A stretch of 64,000 nt of DNA from Desulfatiglandales bacterium (GCA_963662465.1 OY759599.1:2816001-2880000); one strand, 5' to 3'. Shown: positions 1 through 11,566, counted from the stretch's first letter. Made by a program: numbers and translations. Notes: generated by a model not told the origin, from the sequence alone.

Positions 1-1174
1 TGGGAACCACGTCAACGCCATCGAGGGCCGGGTCGGGAATATGATTGATGGTGGGCAGAATCACGCCCTGTTGCATGGCTTCGATGCTGAGAGCGGCCTC
101 AATAGCGGCGGCTGCTCCCAGGGTATGCCCGATCTGGCTTTTGTTTGATGAAATGGGTATTTTTTTGAGGTGACCCTTAAACACCCGTCTCAAACAATCG
201 ACTTCCATGATATCTCCTCTCGGGGTTGATGTGCCGTGGGCGTTGACGTATTGGATATCTTCCGGTGCGAGCCCCGCATCGTCGATGGCTCCACGCATGG
301 CCCGGATCACGGCATCCGGGTTGGGCCGGGTGAAATGAAAAGCATCGGAGGACCACCCCACCCCCAGAACTTCCCCTCTGGGCTTAAGCCCGTAAACGGA
401 GAGCATCTCCTCCGCCGCCAGAACCAGGACCCCCGCCCCTTCGGAAAGGACAAAGCCTTTTCGGTCAATGCTGAAAGGACGCGATGCCAGTGCTGGATCA
501 TCATGGGCCCGGTCTCCCGGCAGGATTTTGATGGTGGCGTTCATGTTTTCAAACCCGTGAATAATCTCCGGAATAATACAGGTATCCACGCCTCCCGCCA
601 AAACAAAATCACAATCCCCGTCTCGAATCATCCTGGCGCCCAGTCCCACGGCATAATTTCCCGAAGCACAGGCCCCTTGCGGCGAAAAAATCGGCCCTGA
701 AAATTTAAGGGCCATTCCGGCTTTTCCGGCCGGCAGATTGGCGCACAGGTTGGGCAACAGATAGGGGCTTATTTTCAAAGGGCCTTTGTTAACATAGTTT
801 TCCATGGCCACCCTGAAGGCATCAGCGCCGTTGAGGGCCGACCCCACCAGACAGGCGGTTCGGGGCCCCGTATCCTGATCCATTTCAAGACCGGCATGCA
901 AAAGGGCTTCCCGACAAACAGCCACCGTCAACAGAACAAAGTCCGCATTCCAGTTATACGCCTCCCTGGCAGTCACAAAATCAAGATCCGAAGAATTCCA
1001 GTCGGGGATTTCCCCCACCACATGGCTGAGGGCGTTAACCCGACACCGGGTCACCTTTCTGAAACCCGCCTCCCCTTTTACAGCCCGTTTCCATGTTTCC
1101 GGAAACGTCTTTCCCAAGGGCGTGGCCGCCCCATAGCCCACCACGAAAACCCGCCTGTTGCCGGGCGCTTTCAT
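1..1174 (-). CDS. Beta-ketoacyl-ACP synthase (FabF/KAS II-like), 3' end runs off window
   Basis: Not in ORF track; manual translation from ATG at 1174 gives MKAPGNRRVFVVGYGAATPLG...SPQGACASG...YVNAHGTST...KSQIGHTLGAA (Cys-His-His triad). Confidence 0.88.
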   Translation of the reverse strand, partial: MKAPGNRRVFVVGYGAATPLGKTFPETWKRAVKGEAGFRKVTRCRVNALSHVVGEIPDWNSSDLDFVTAREAYNWNADFVLLTVAVCREALLHAGLEMDQDTGPRTACLVGSALNGADAFRVAMENYVNKGPLKISPYLLPNLCANLPAGKAGMALKFSGPIFSPQGACASGNYAVGLGARMIRDGDCDFVLAGGVDTCIIPEIIHGFENMNATIKILPGDRAHDDPALASRPFSIDRKGFVLSEGAGVLVLAAEEMLSVYGLKPRGEVLGVGWSSDAFHFTRPNPDAVIRAMRGAIDDAGLAPEDIQYVNAHGTSTPRGDIMEVDCLRRVFKGHLKKIPISSNKSQIGHTLGAAAAIEAALSIEAMQQGVILPTINHIPDPALDGVDVVP

Positions 1175-1196
1175 GGGTTTGCCCCGGGTTCAACCG

Positions 1197-2444
1197 TCAT
1201 CGGATTTTTCGAAACACAATACATGCGTTGCACCCTCCAAAGCCAAAAGCGTTTTTCAAAACAAATTCCTGATCTAACGGCCTCGCCCCCTCCGCCACGC
1301 AGTCCATGACCATTTCGGGATCCGGCGTATAATTGAGGGTGGGCAGCAGGGTCTCTCTTTGCATGCTTTCCATGGCCAATACGGATTCAATGGCGCTGGA
1401 AGCCCCCATGCAGTGCCCTGTAAGGGATTTGACGGCGCAGACCGGCGGCATTCCATGGCCGAACACCGCTTTCAAGGCGTCAAATTCGACCCTGTCTCCC
1501 ACTCGGGTGGAAGTGGCATGGGCATTGATACAGTCGATATCGCCGGGCTGTATCCCCGCATCTTGAATCGATTCCGAAATGGCGCGCCGCACGGTTTCAA
1601 AATTGGGGGCCACGAAATGACAGGCATCGGACGTCATGCTCCAGCCGGCCAGTTCAATGCCATAGGACAGACCGTGAGCATCCGCAAAATCCTTGGAAGC
1701 CAGCATCACACAGGCAGCGCCCTCGGAGATCACAAAACCCCTTCTGTCAAGGGAAAAGGGACGGCTGGCCCTGGAAGGGGGTTCCGACAATTGACCTTCC
1801 ATGGGACTGTAGGCGCCGTTCATGGTGGCAAAACCCGCCACAATCGGTTCCACCAATGGAAAATCCACGGCCCCGCAAATGACCAGATCCGCCCGGCCCT
1901 GGTCCAGCAGCATTTTCCCGACGATCATGGAGGTCGCCCCCGTTGCGCAGGCCGTGATAGTGGAGGTAATGGGCCCCGTGGCGTGGGCCAGGATGGATAT
2001 TTTCCCACCCACCATATTGATGCAGGCATTGGGATTGGTAAAGGGGTGAGGCATTCGCCCTTCCCGAATCATCCGCCTGTCGGCTGTCAACACCGCGTCC
2101 AGCCCCCCCACCGCAGAACTAAAGGTAACGGCTGTTCTGGGCGCCAGATCAGGGGTTATATCCACCGCGCTTTTCAGAATGGCCCGGTGCGCCACCAGCA
2201 TGGCATGTTTAAAAATGGGGGATATCCATTGGGCCAGGTTCCTGGGAGACAGAAACGGATAGGGCGACGCATCCCACTCATCCACCTGTCCCGCGATACG
2301 GACCGGAAAATCATCGGTCAAGGGAAACCGCGTAAGAGACTTGATACCGCTCTTGCCCCTGAGTGCCCGTTCCCACTGCGTCTCCATATCCGTCCCCAGA
2401 GGAGACACCAAATCATAACCCAGAATAACGGCTTTCTTTACCAT
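1197..2444 (-). CDS. Beta-ketoacyl-ACP synthase (FabF/KAS II-like) paralog
   Basis: TACATG, NAHATST, GHCMG and NAFGFGG motifs. Confidence 0.92.
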   Translation of the reverse strand: MVKKAVILGYDLVSPLGTDMETQWERALRGKSGIKSLTRFPLTDDFPVRIAGQVDEWDASPYPFLSPRNLAQWISPIFKHAMLVAHRAILKSAVDITPDLAPRTAVTFSSAVGGLDAVLTADRRMIREGRMPHPFTNPNACINMVGGKISILAHATGPITSTITACATGATSMIVGKMLLDQGRADLVICGAVDFPLVEPIVAGFATMNGAYSPMEGQLSEPPSRASRPFSLDRRGFVISEGAACVMLASKDFADAHGLSYGIELAGWSMTSDACHFVAPNFETVRRAISESIQDAGIQPGDIDCINAHATSTRVGDRVEFDALKAVFGHGMPPVCAVKSLTGHCMGASSAIESVLAMESMQRETLLPTLNYTPDPEMVMDCVAEGARPLDQEFVLKNAFGFGGCNACIVFRKIR

Positions 2445-3436
2445 GGGATGAACTGATAGAGCTTGGCAAACATCTCATAGACCTCAATCCAATTCTTGAG
2501 GTCCTGTTCCGACCGGATATGCGCCCGCTTGTTAACCATCACCCAGCTCATATGGGCGGCGCCGTCCTTGCAAGTTGAACAGTCGCGTGTTTCAGAGGTG
2601 CAGCATCGATGCATGGTTTTAAGATCGGACGCCCACCGGATGAAGCCGATCAGGCTTCTGGGACCGGGGCTTCTTCGGTCCAGGGGTTCCGTGACGGAGG
2701 GACACTCATTCCACCCGAAAGAACGGTCCAGCATTTTGCCGGTGGTGATGATCCGATGGTAGTACTTCGAGGAAATGACCGTATCGGGGTAATCATCCAG
2801 CATTTGGTCCATTTCGTCCCGAATATCCTTTAGTTGCTCTTGGCCCCAGAAAAATTGATCCACCCCCTCATCGTTTGAAAGGAGCTGCATATGGACTTTC
2901 AAACCTGCATCCCTGATTTTTTTGATCAGCCGTTCCATTTTCCCCACCTGTTTGGGCGTCAGGGTATACAGATAATAGGCGTGAGGATCACCCTGGTAAT
3001 GCTTGCTGGAGATGGAAAAGACATCCTTTCCCCGAAGCGTCTTTTCATCCTCTTCATCGCCCCACAATGAAATCCCCACCATCATATGGGGAAACCGATC
3101 CCGGGGCACCTTGATCAAGCCGTTTGTGGCACAAAAAGTGGGCAGCCGGCTGTAAAAAGCCTCCACCCGATCCAGGCAAAGGGTGGGTTCCCCGCCGATG
3201 AGAATGGCAAGATTAACACCCCTTGCCATTTCGCCATCGATGAAATGTTCCCATTTTTGAATATCCATCTCTTCACGGGCGGCTTCATGTTCCCCGGAAG
3301 AGAAAAAAAAGCACCCCTTGCACCGTAAATTGCATCGATTGGTAACATCATAAATGGAGCTTCTGATGTTCAATTTTGAAATTTTTTTATATCGGTCATA
3401 CCATTCCGGGTTCAGCAGGGAACTCACGGTTTTCAT
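2438..3436 (-). CDS. Radical SAM protein with C-terminal Cys cluster
   Basis: CNLRCKGC (CxxxCxxC), GGEP motif, C-terminal CCTSETRDCSTC. Confidence 0.9.
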   Translation of the reverse strand: MKTVSSLLNPEWYDRYKKISKLNIRSSIYDVTNRCNLRCKGCFFFSSGEHEAAREEMDIQKWEHFIDGEMARGVNLAILIGGEPTLCLDRVEAFYSRLPTFCATNGLIKVPRDRFPHMMVGISLWGDEEDEKTLRGKDVFSISSKHYQGDPHAYYLYTLTPKQVGKMERLIKKIRDAGLKVHMQLLSNDEGVDQFFWGQEQLKDIRDEMDQMLDDYPDTVISSKYYHRIITTGKMLDRSFGWNECPSVTEPLDRRSPGPRSLIGFIRWASDLKTMHRCCTSETRDCSTCKDGAAHMSWVMVNKRAHIRSEQDLKNWIEVYEMFAKLYQFIPW

Positions 3437-3505
3437 GAAAAAAAGACTCCTTAAACGAGAAGCTGTCAGCTTTTAGCCTACCCAAAACAGCTAGCAGGTA
3501 ACCGC

Positions 3506-4636
3506 TCAAATGAAAAAATCATGCCCGGGTGGGGGCACAAGGCGTAAACAGAGATTTGGACCTTTTTCATAGCCCGTCACCCACACCGAAAGATAAGTAT
3601 CCACATAATCCAGCCAGGCCCTGAAGGTGTCCGGGTCTGTGGCATGGCGAAATAGTTTCGCCGTTACAATGGCGCTCCCGGCGGCATAATGCCGGCAATC
3701 ACAGCAGTCCGTATCCGGAACACAGCAGGCAGCCGCCCTGTTCCAGGTGAGATCGGTCCGATACTGTCTGAAAGACCGGCCCAGCCCCTGGGCTTTCGAC
3801 GGGTTCATCCGGGGGTAAGGACAGGCGTAGAGGTCATGAAGAGCAAGGGGGTGGGTATGGGCAACGATGTTATAGGGGGAAAACAGGACGGTTTCGGGAT
3901 ATTGGGAAAGAAGCGAGATCATGGTTTCCCGAACTTGCGTAAGGGACGCTTTCGTATGGCGAAGGGGCCCCTCATAGCCCACGGGTGATGAAAACATGTT
4001 GAAGGTGACCTTGCAACCCTCTCCGGAAAGGATATCCAGCACGGGCCCGGCATCCTCGATATTGTTGCGGGTAAAGGTGTAAACAAAAACCGCCCGTCCA
4101 TCACCCCGGTAATTGGCGATCTGTTGTTGCAGCATGCCGTCCCGGTGGCGAATCTCGGCACTGGTCTCATCACTCCCCCATACGGAAATATGGATTTTGT
4201 AACCGATGGCATTGGGGATCTTTTGTAAGCCGTTGGACGCAATGGCGCCCAGGGGAATTTCCCCATAACATACCTTGCAAAGATCGGGCACAAGGGAGGG
4301 TTCAGCGCCCGCCAGAACCACATAGGTAATCCCCCGTTTTTTCTCCGCCCTCATGAGCTGTTGCCATTGCTCAGGGTCCCGGTTTTCCCGGGCGAACTGC
4401 TTATCCCCTTCATAATAATAACAGCCGTCGCAACGAATGTTGCAGCGATGGGTCATATCATAGGTGGATTCCCGCAGAAAAAAATAGCGGCGCACTTTTT
4501 CCCATCGCCGGTTTGTTTCCACATCGGCCAGAAGATCCTTGAACCGATAACCGATTTCCCCGGAATTTACCGTCATACCCCGCCCCCCCCAATTTCCCCC
4601 CAGTTCCATTGACATAAAATTTCCGTCAATATGCAA
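3506..4636 (-). CDS. Radical SAM protein, paralog of neighbour (true start possibly 4576)
   Basis: STYDMTHRCNIRCDGC, GAEP, C-terminal CCVPDTDCCDC. Confidence 0.9.
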   Translation of the reverse strand: MHIDGNFMSMELGGNWGGRGMTVNSGEIGYRFKDLLADVETNRRWEKVRRYFFLRESTYDMTHRCNIRCDGCYYYEGDKQFARENRDPEQWQQLMRAEKKRGITYVVLAGAEPSLVPDLCKVCYGEIPLGAIASNGLQKIPNAIGYKIHISVWGSDETSAEIRHRDGMLQQQIANYRGDGRAVFVYTFTRNNIEDAGPVLDILSGEGCKVTFNMFSSPVGYEGPLRHTKASLTQVRETMISLLSQYPETVLFSPYNIVAHTHPLALHDLYACPYPRMNPSKAQGLGRSFRQYRTDLTWNRAAACCVPDTDCCDCRHYAAGSAIVTAKLFRHATDPDTFRAWLDYVDTYLSVWVTGYEKGPNLCLRLVPPPGHDFFI

Positions 4637-4682
4637 GTCTTCGAATTTTATCCTGTCCCCTGTGAACGGTTACATCTATTCT

Positions 4683-5207
4683 TCATCTTGAATCAGTCTG
4701 TTGATAAACTGGATGGTCGGCCGCCTCCTGACGGGCCGCCTCACTTTTCTTTTCAGCCAATCTCATTTTTCGACGTTCCATGGCATCGGCATTTCTTCTC
4801 TTCTCCTCCTCCGTTTCCAGCATCAACGGCGGAACGGGCTTGGGGCGACGGCTTTTGTCCAATGCCACAAGGGTCAAATAAGCCGAGGCGGTTCGGGTCA
4901 CTTCACCCGAAAACAAGTCTTCACTCTCGGCCCTCACCCCCACCTCCAGGGAAGTTGTCCCCACCATATTCACACTGGCTTTCAAGGTCAACATATTCCC
5001 CACGAAAATGGGATAATGAAAATCAATCCTGTCAATAGAGGCAGTCACCGCAATACAGCGAGCATGGCGCATGGCCACCACCGTGGCAATTTGATCGATT
5101 AATTTCATGATGACCCCCCCATGCACATTGCCGGCGGGATTGGCATCCTGGGGCATCATCACGTGAGAAATCACCACAACACTGTCCTTTACTGTTTTTC
5201 CACTCAT
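4683..5207 (-). CDS. Acyl-CoA thioesterase (hotdog fold, YciA-like)
   Basis: DANPAGNVHGGVIMKLID motif. Confidence 0.9.
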   Translation of the reverse strand: MSGKTVKDSVVVISHVMMPQDANPAGNVHGGVIMKLIDQIATVVAMRHARCIAVTASIDRIDFHYPIFVGNMLTLKASVNMVGTTSLEVGVRAESEDLFSGEVTRTASAYLTLVALDKSRRPKPVPPLMLETEEEKRRNADAMERRKMRLAEKKSEAARQEAADHPVYQQTDSR

Positions 5208-5341
5208 GGATGTTCTCCCTCAAAAAACATTGTTTCACCTGGAAAATAAAACATTTCCAGTCGCGAAAGCAGCAAGACCTTCAGGTAATGAGCCGGGAAC
5301 CGGCGGAGGTAGGGTAGCACTTCCCAGTATAAAAGCGAATC

Positions 5342-6448
5342 TCAATAATTCGGATAGCCACTGATCAAGATATCATCCCCAAACCGCCTGACCTTGATGC
5401 TATGGAGTTTGAGGGCTTCTTCCATTGTTTCGGGACCGAATCCAGCTGCCATGGGAATTCCGTCACCGCCGCCCAGAATCTTCGGGGCGATAAAAACATA
5501 GTATTTATCGATCAATTTGGCACGAAGCATGGCCCCCATAATCCCCGCCCCCCCTTCCACCAAAACACTGGTGACGGACATTTCTCCCAGTTTTTCCATG
5601 AGAGCGACAAGGTCGATGCCGCCGGTATCGGTGGGGCATACCAACGTTTCCACGCCTTCGGGATGAGGTCCGGACGCCTGGTATAGACGATCGCCTTCCA
5701 TGCTGGTGGCGATAAGGGTACGCGCGGCAGACTGAATTTGCATGACTTTTGCGCCAGGCGGCGTCCTGAAGTTTGTATCCACAACAATCCGAATGGGATC
5801 TTTGCCGCGTTTTACCTTGAAGCGGGCGGTCATGGATGGATCATCGGCGACTACCGTCCCGACTCCCATCATCACGGCGTCTACACGATCTCTCAAGCGA
5901 TGTACGAACCCCCTTGATTTCTCATTGGTGATCCACTTAGAATGCTGTGTGGATGTGGCGGTCCAACCGTCAAGGGTAATGGCCGATTTGGCCGTCACAA
6001 AAGGTCTGGCGGTTGTAACAAACTTAATGAAATCCTCATTCAACTGAACACATTCATCCCTTAAAACATCGTTAACTACTTCAAGGCCTTTTTTCTCCAG
6101 AAACCGGCATCCGCCCCCCGTCACCAGCGGATTGGGATCTCGCATCCCCACAACGACTCTCTTGACGCCGCTTTTCAGGATAAGTTCAGTACAGGGAGGC
6201 GTTTTCCCAAAATGGTTGCACGGCTCCAGGGTCACATAGAGCGTGCCCCCCGGAGCGCGGTTGCCGACTTTCTTAAAGGCTTCAACTTCCGCATGGGGCA
6301 TCCCTGCCCGATGGTGATACCCTTTGGCAATCACCTTTCCTTCCCTGACGATAACGGCGCCCACGGCGGGATTGGGAGATGTCCGCCCCAAGCCTTTGCG
6401 TGCTTCCTGGATCGCCAGCTTCATGAATTTGATATGGGTTCCGTTCAT
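5342..6448 (-). CDS. ribD: Riboflavin biosynthesis deaminase/reductase RibD
   Basis: PNPAVG, HAE and TLEPCNHFGKTPPC motifs plus reductase domain. Confidence 0.96.
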   Translation of the reverse strand: MNGTHIKFMKLAIQEARKGLGRTSPNPAVGAVIVREGKVIAKGYHHRAGMPHAEVEAFKKVGNRAPGGTLYVTLEPCNHFGKTPPCTELILKSGVKRVVVGMRDPNPLVTGGGCRFLEKKGLEVVNDVLRDECVQLNEDFIKFVTTARPFVTAKSAITLDGWTATSTQHSKWITNEKSRGFVHRLRDRVDAVMMGVGTVVADDPSMTARFKVKRGKDPIRIVVDTNFRTPPGAKVMQIQSAARTLIATSMEGDRLYQASGPHPEGVETLVCPTDTGGIDLVALMEKLGEMSVTSVLVEGGAGIMGAMLRAKLIDKYYVFIAPKILGGGDGIPMAAGFGPETMEEALKLHSIKVRRFGDDILISGYPNY

Positions 6449-6451
6449 GGC

Positions 6452-6931
6452 CTAAACCTCATCTTTTTCCTGATCCTGTTTGGATTCCAGAATTTCTTCC
6501 AATTCCACCATGAATTCGTTGATGTCCTTAAACTGCCGATACACGGATGCAAATCGCACATAGGCCACTTCGTCCCATTCCTTGAGCTTGTTGATGACCT
6601 TTTCACCCACTTCCGTGCTGTCAATTTCCTTTTTTCCCAGTTCCTGAAAATAAAGTTCAATGGAATCGACAAATTCTTCAATGCGGGTCACGCTGATGGG
6701 CCGTTTCTGGCATGCCCTGCCAATGCCGGAGATAATCTTTTCGCGATTGAAGGGCTCCCGCCTGCCGTCTTTTTTAACCACCATTGGGAGGACATCTTCC
6801 AGCTTTTCGTATGTTGTAAACCGTCTGCCGCATGCCAGACATTCCCGCCGTCGACGAATGGTTCGTCCATCTTTGCTCAGCCTGGAGTCAATCACCTTGT
6901 TGTCAATTTTAGTGCAGTACGGACATTTCAT
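6452..6931 (-). CDS. nrdR: Transcriptional repressor NrdR
   Basis: MKCPYC...[20 protein letters not shown]-cone, AYVRFASVY. Confidence 0.97.
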   Translation of the reverse strand: MKCPYCTKIDNKVIDSRLSKDGRTIRRRRECLACGRRFTTYEKLEDVLPMVVKKDGRREPFNREKIISGIGRACQKRPISVTRIEEFVDSIELYFQELGKKEIDSTEVGEKVINKLKEWDEVAYVRFASVYRQFKDINEFMVELEEILESKQDQEKDEV

Positions 6932-7380
6932 TTGTCAAACCTCATAATTTCTATACCCGCCTCGGCCAGCATGGCATCGGACAGATCGTCATCATACCCC
7001 TCATCGTAATAGACCCTTTTGATGCCGGCATTGATAAGCATTTTGGTGCAGATAACGCACGGTTTATTGGTGCAATACAGGGTGGCCCCGGCAATGGAGA
7101 TTCCATGATAGGCGGCCTGGATGATGGCGTTTTGCTCCGCGTGAAGGCCCCGACAGAGTTCATGCCGCGTGCCGGAGGGGATTGAAGCGTCCTTTCGAAG
7201 GCATCCCACTTCGATGCAGTGTTTCAGCCCGGACGGGGCGCCATTGTATCCCGTGGCCAGAATTCGTTTTTCCTTGACCAGAATGGCGCCCACATGACGT
7301 CTCAAACAAGTGGATCGGGTGGCGACCATCCGAGTAATGGATGCAAAATACCGGTTCCAGGATGGCCTTTCATATTCCAT
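6928..7380 (-). CDS. dCMP deaminase / ComEB-family zinc deaminase
   Basis: [28 protein letters not shown]. Confidence 0.92.
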   Translation of the reverse strand: MEYERPSWNRYFASITRMVATRSTCLRRHVGAILVKEKRILATGYNGAPSGLKHCIEVGCLRKDASIPSGTRHELCRGLHAEQNAIIQAAYHGISIAGATLYCTNKPCVICTKMLINAGIKRVYYDEGYDDDLSDAMLAEAGIEIMRFDK

Positions 7381-7424
7381 GTTATCTCAATATGTTACAT
7401 TATCTTTTTAAAGTTATAAATAAA

Positions 7425-8690
7425 TTAATTGTTTTCCGAGGCATGCAGATAGGGATAAATCGGAAATGCTTCACACAGCTCGGAAATAACGCCTTTAACC
7501 CGCCGTAAAACCGTTTCACTGGCGGGAGCGCTAAGAATATCGTTTATCAGTGCCGCAATTTTCAGAATTTCGGATTCTTTCATGCCCCGGGTCGTCAGCG
7601 CAGGCGTCCCCAGTCTCAATCCACTGGTAATTTTTGGGCCTTTTTTGTCAAAGGGAACCGTATTTTTATTGGCCACAATGCCGACTTCTCCAAGGGATCG
7701 TTCCGCATCGAGACCGGTAATCCCCTTAGCCGTCAGGTCAATGAGGACCAGGTGATTGTCCGTTCCGCCCGAGACCAGATCTAAGCCATACCCCGTAAGC
7801 GCTTCGGCCAGCACATGGGCATTGACCAGTACCTGCTTCTGATAAACCGCAAAATCAGGGCGTAAGGCCTCTTCAAAGGCGACGGCCTTCGCGGCAATGA
7901 TATGCATCAGAGGCCCCCCCTGGACTCCAGGGAAAACGCTTTTATCCAGCTTGGCCCCATATTCCTCGGAACAGAGGATCAAGCCGCCCCTTGGACCTCG
8001 GAGCGTCTTATGGGTGGTGCTGGTGATGAAATCCGCTTCCCCAACCGGGGAGGGATGAAGTCCCACGGCAACAAGACCCGCAATATGGGCCATATCAACC
8101 ATGAAATAGGCGCCCACATCACGAGCAATGTCCTTGAAGGCTGAAAAGTCAATGCGGCGCGGATAGGCGCTGGCGCCGGCGATAATGATTTTCGGTTTAT
8201 GTTTTCGGGCAAGATCGCGGACCTGATCATAATCGATCCGCTGGGTTTCAGGATGCAATCCGTAAAAAACAGGCTTATAAATCTTGCCGGAAAAACTGAC
8301 CGGGCTTCCGTGGGTAAGATGACCCCCGTGGGAAAGATCCATGCCCATGATCGTATCGCCGCTTTGCAGTAAGGAGAGGTATATGGCCATGTTTGCCTGT
8401 GAGCCGGAATGGGGCTGAACATTTGCGTGTTCTGAATTAAACAGCCTGTTGGCACGGTCTCGAGCCAACCGTTCAACCCTGTCCACGAAATCGCACCCCC
8501 CGTAATACCGAGCCCCGGGATACCCTTCGGCGTATTTATTGGTCATGACATTGGCCTGAGCTTCAATCACCGCACGACTCGCATAATTCTCGGACGCGAT
8601 CATCACCAGGCTTTGTCTTTCCCTGACCAGTTCAGCCTCAATCGCCTCGTAGACTTCGGAATCCGTTTCTTTTAGTGTTGGTTCGTTCAA
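7425..8690 (-). CDS. glyA: Serine hydroxymethyltransferase
   Basis: [26 protein letters not shown]. Confidence 0.97.
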   Translation of the reverse strand: MNEPTLKETDSEVYEAIEAELVRERQSLVMIASENYASRAVIEAQANVMTNKYAEGYPGARYYGGCDFVDRVERLARDRANRLFNSEHANVQPHSGSQANMAIYLSLLQSGDTIMGMDLSHGGHLTHGSPVSFSGKIYKPVFYGLHPETQRIDYDQVRDLARKHKPKIIIAGASAYPRRIDFSAFKDIARDVGAYFMVDMAHIAGLVAVGLHPSPVGEADFITSTTHKTLRGPRGGLILCSEEYGAKLDKSVFPGVQGGPLMHIIAAKAVAFEEALRPDFAVYQKQVLVNAHVLAEALTGYGLDLVSGGTDNHLVLIDLTAKGITGLDAERSLGEVGIVANKNTVPFDKKGPKITSGLRLGTPALTTRGMKESEILKIAALINDILSAPASETVLRRVKGVISELCEAFPIYPYLHASENN

Positions 8691-8703
8691 AACAACCCTC
8701 TAT

Positions 8704-9150
8704 CTATTTCTCTTCAATCTGGTTCAATCGCAATTCATGGCGCCCGCCTTCAAAGGGCGTCCGCAAAAAAAGGTCCACCATTTCAAGGGAGATGCCCTTT
8801 CCGATGACACGCCCCCCCATCACCAGGATATTGGCGTCATTGTGCTGCCGGCTCAGTCTGGCGGTGAAAAGGTTATGGCACAGACACGCCCTGACCCCTC
8901 GATAACGGTTTGCGACAACGCTCATGCCGATGCCCGTGCCGCATATGAGTATGCCGCGAGCGAATTTCCCTTCAGAAACCGCCCCGGAGACTTTATGCGC
9001 CACTTCAGGATAATCGATGGAATCCTCACTGAATGTGCCGGCGTCCGTAACATCCCAATCGTTCAGTGTTTCCATAAAACGCCGGCAGGCTTCCTTAAGT
9101 TCAAAACCGCCGTGATCCGATCCGATAATAATGTTCATGGGTTCACTCAT
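8704..9150 (-). CDS. rpiB: Ribose-5-phosphate isomerase B
   Basis: GSDHGG, ICGTGIG, HNDAN, FEGGRH. Confidence 0.95.
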   Translation of the reverse strand: MSEPMNIIIGSDHGGFELKEACRRFMETLNDWDVTDAGTFSEDSIDYPEVAHKVSGAVSEGKFARGILICGTGIGMSVVANRYRGVRACLCHNLFTARLSRQHNDANILVMGGRVIGKGISLEMVDLFLRTPFEGGRHELRLNQIEEK

Positions 9151-9157
9151 TTTGTTT

Positions 9158-10399
9158 TTAGGTTTCGTATGCCGCGAATATCAGAGAAGCATTGGTGCCG
9201 CCAAAGCCGAATGAATTGCTCATGGCGGTTCGCACCTGGGCCTTTCTGGCCACATTGGGCACATAGTCCAGATCGCAATCAGGATCCGGCGTTTCATAAT
9301 TTATAGTGGGGGGAATCACCCCATGTTTGATGGTCAGCAGCGAAAAAACCGACTCCGTTCCACCCGCCCCTCCCAGCAAATGACCCGTCATGGATTTTGT
9401 CGAACTGATGCTGAGCTTGTAGGCGTGTTCCTTAAACACTTCTTTAATCGCCTTGTTTTCCGAAGCATCGTTCAACTGGGTGGACGTGCCATGGGCATTG
9501 ATATAATCGATATCTTCGGGCTTGAAACCGGCAAAATCCAGGGCGTTTTTCATGCATGCGATGGCGCCTAAGCCTTCAGGATCCGGTGCGGACACATGAT
9601 AAGCATCGCCGGAAAGGCCATAGCCGACCACCTCGCCGTAAATTGATGCCCCCCGCTCAAGGGCATGTTCAAGTTCTTCCAGAATGAGGATGCCCGCGCC
9701 TTCACCAATGATAAATCCGTCACGATTCAGGTCAAAGGGTCTCGATGCCTTTTCAGGCGCATCATTGCACGTGGAAAGCGCCCGCATGGAACAAAACCCA
9801 CCCACTGCCAGAGGGGTCACCACGGATTCGGCCCCCCCGGTAAACATGACGTCCGCAAACCCTTCGCGAATGTATCTGAAAGCCTCGCCCACGGCGTGAG
9901 AACTGGCGGCGCAAGCCGTTTCAATGGAGATGTTGGGGCCTTTGGCGCCAAATTCAATGGCGATTTGTCCCGGCGCCATATTGGCGATAATACCCGGAAT
10001 AAAAAAAGGACTGATCCGCTTGGGTCCCTTTTCAAGGAGAACGGAATGATAATGTTCCAGCGTCGCCAAACCTCCCAGACCACTCCCCGTCACACAGCCC
10101 ACGCGATGGGCATTTTTTTGATCAATCTTAAGTTCGGCATCTTCCATGGCCATTCTTGCCGAAGCAACGGCATAATGGATGAAGACGTCAAATCGACGGA
10201 TCTCCTGCTTGGCCATAAAATCCTGGGGTCTGAAATCTTTTACCTCCCCCGCAATTTGGGATGCAAAACCGGAAGCATCAAATCTCGTGATGGTTCCGAT
10301 TCCCGATTTGCCGGAACAAGCCGCTTCCCAGTTTTTCGCTACCCCCGTCCCCAGCGGCGTCACCATTCCCAATCCCGTCGCCACAACCCTTCTGGTCAT
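9158..10399 (-). CDS. fabF: 3-oxoacyl-ACP synthase II (housekeeping)
   Basis: TACAAS, NAHGTST, GHLLG, SNSFGFGG; follows acpP; RBS before ATG at 10399. Confidence 0.95.
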   Translation of the reverse strand: MTRRVVATGLGMVTPLGTGVAKNWEAACSGKSGIGTITRFDASGFASQIAGEVKDFRPQDFMAKQEIRRFDVFIHYAVASARMAMEDAELKIDQKNAHRVGCVTGSGLGGLATLEHYHSVLLEKGPKRISPFFIPGIIANMAPGQIAIEFGAKGPNISIETACAASSHAVGEAFRYIREGFADVMFTGGAESVVTPLAVGGFCSMRALSTCNDAPEKASRPFDLNRDGFIIGEGAGILILEELEHALERGASIYGEVVGYGLSGDAYHVSAPDPEGLGAIACMKNALDFAGFKPEDIDYINAHGTSTQLNDASENKAIKEVFKEHAYKLSISSTKSMTGHLLGGAGGTESVFSLLTIKHGVIPPTINYETPDPDCDLDYVPNVARKAQVRTAMSNSFGFGGTNASLIFAAYET

Positions 10400-10517
10400 T
10401 TTATCGTTCCTCCGCAAGCCATTAGATTTTCAGATAAATACATCAAGTTCACCAGAGGGATAAATCCTGCAACCACTTGATCAAAGGTTGACCACTCAAT
10501 GATGGAGAGGTCACTTA

Positions 10518-10757
<240 letters not shown>

Positions 10758-10789
10758 CTACTACCTCCTCAAAATTGTTCTTTTCATTT

Positions 10790-11539
10790 TCACATATACA
10801 GGCCACCGTTCACATGAATGACCTGTCCGGTAATATATCCGGCGGCATCGGAACACAGCCAGTACACTGCCTCCGCCACGTCTTCCGGTTTACCTATCCT
10901 TCCCATGGGAATCTGCTTGAAAAAGTTTTCCTTTGCCTTATCGGATATCACCGCGGTCATTTCGGTGTCAATGAAACCGGGCGCCACGGCATTGACATTT
11001 ATCCCCCTGGCAGCCACTTCCCTGGCAATACTCTTGGTAAATCCCATAATGCCGGCTTTCGAAGCCGCATAATTGGACTGACCGAAATTCCCGATCTGTC
11101 CCACCACTGAGGATATGTTCACAATGGCGCCGTGCCGTTGTTGACTCATGGCGCGAATAATCGCTTTGGTGCAATTGAATACGCTCTTCAGGTTGACCCT
11201 CAACACATCATCCCAGACCTCCTCGCTCATTCGCAGCAGCAAGGTATCTCGGGTGATGCCGGCATTATTGACCAGCACATCGATCTTCTCATGTTTTTCA
11301 AGAATTTCACGAAATAATTGATCCGCCACGTCAAAGGAGGAGATGTCGGCCCGGTAAAATTCCGCTGCCACACCAACGGCCTTCAACTGATTCATTGTCT
11401 CATTACAGGGTTCATCCGAAGGATCGTAATGAATAATAATAATTTTCGCTTTTTCTTCCGCAAACCGATAGACCACACTGCGCCCGATCCCCTTTGACCC
11501 CCCCGTGACAACGACGGTCCTGGCATTTGAATCACTCAT
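10790..11539 (-). CDS. fabG: 3-oxoacyl-ACP reductase
   Basis: TGGSKGIG, NNAGITRD, YAASK. Confidence 0.94.
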   Translation of the reverse strand: MSDSNARTVVVTGGSKGIGRSVVYRFAEEKAKIIIIHYDPSDEPCNETMNQLKAVGVAAEFYRADISSFDVADQLFREILEKHEKIDVLVNNAGITRDTLLLRMSEEVWDDVLRVNLKSVFNCTKAIIRAMSQQRHGAIVNISSVVGQIGNFGQSNYAASKAGIMGFTKSIAREVAARGINVNAVAPGFIDTEMTAVISDKAKENFFKQIPMGRIGKPEDVAEAVYWLCSDAAGYITGQVIHVNGGLYM

Positions 11540-11566
11540 AATGGATTTCCTCTTTATGATAAGGTC

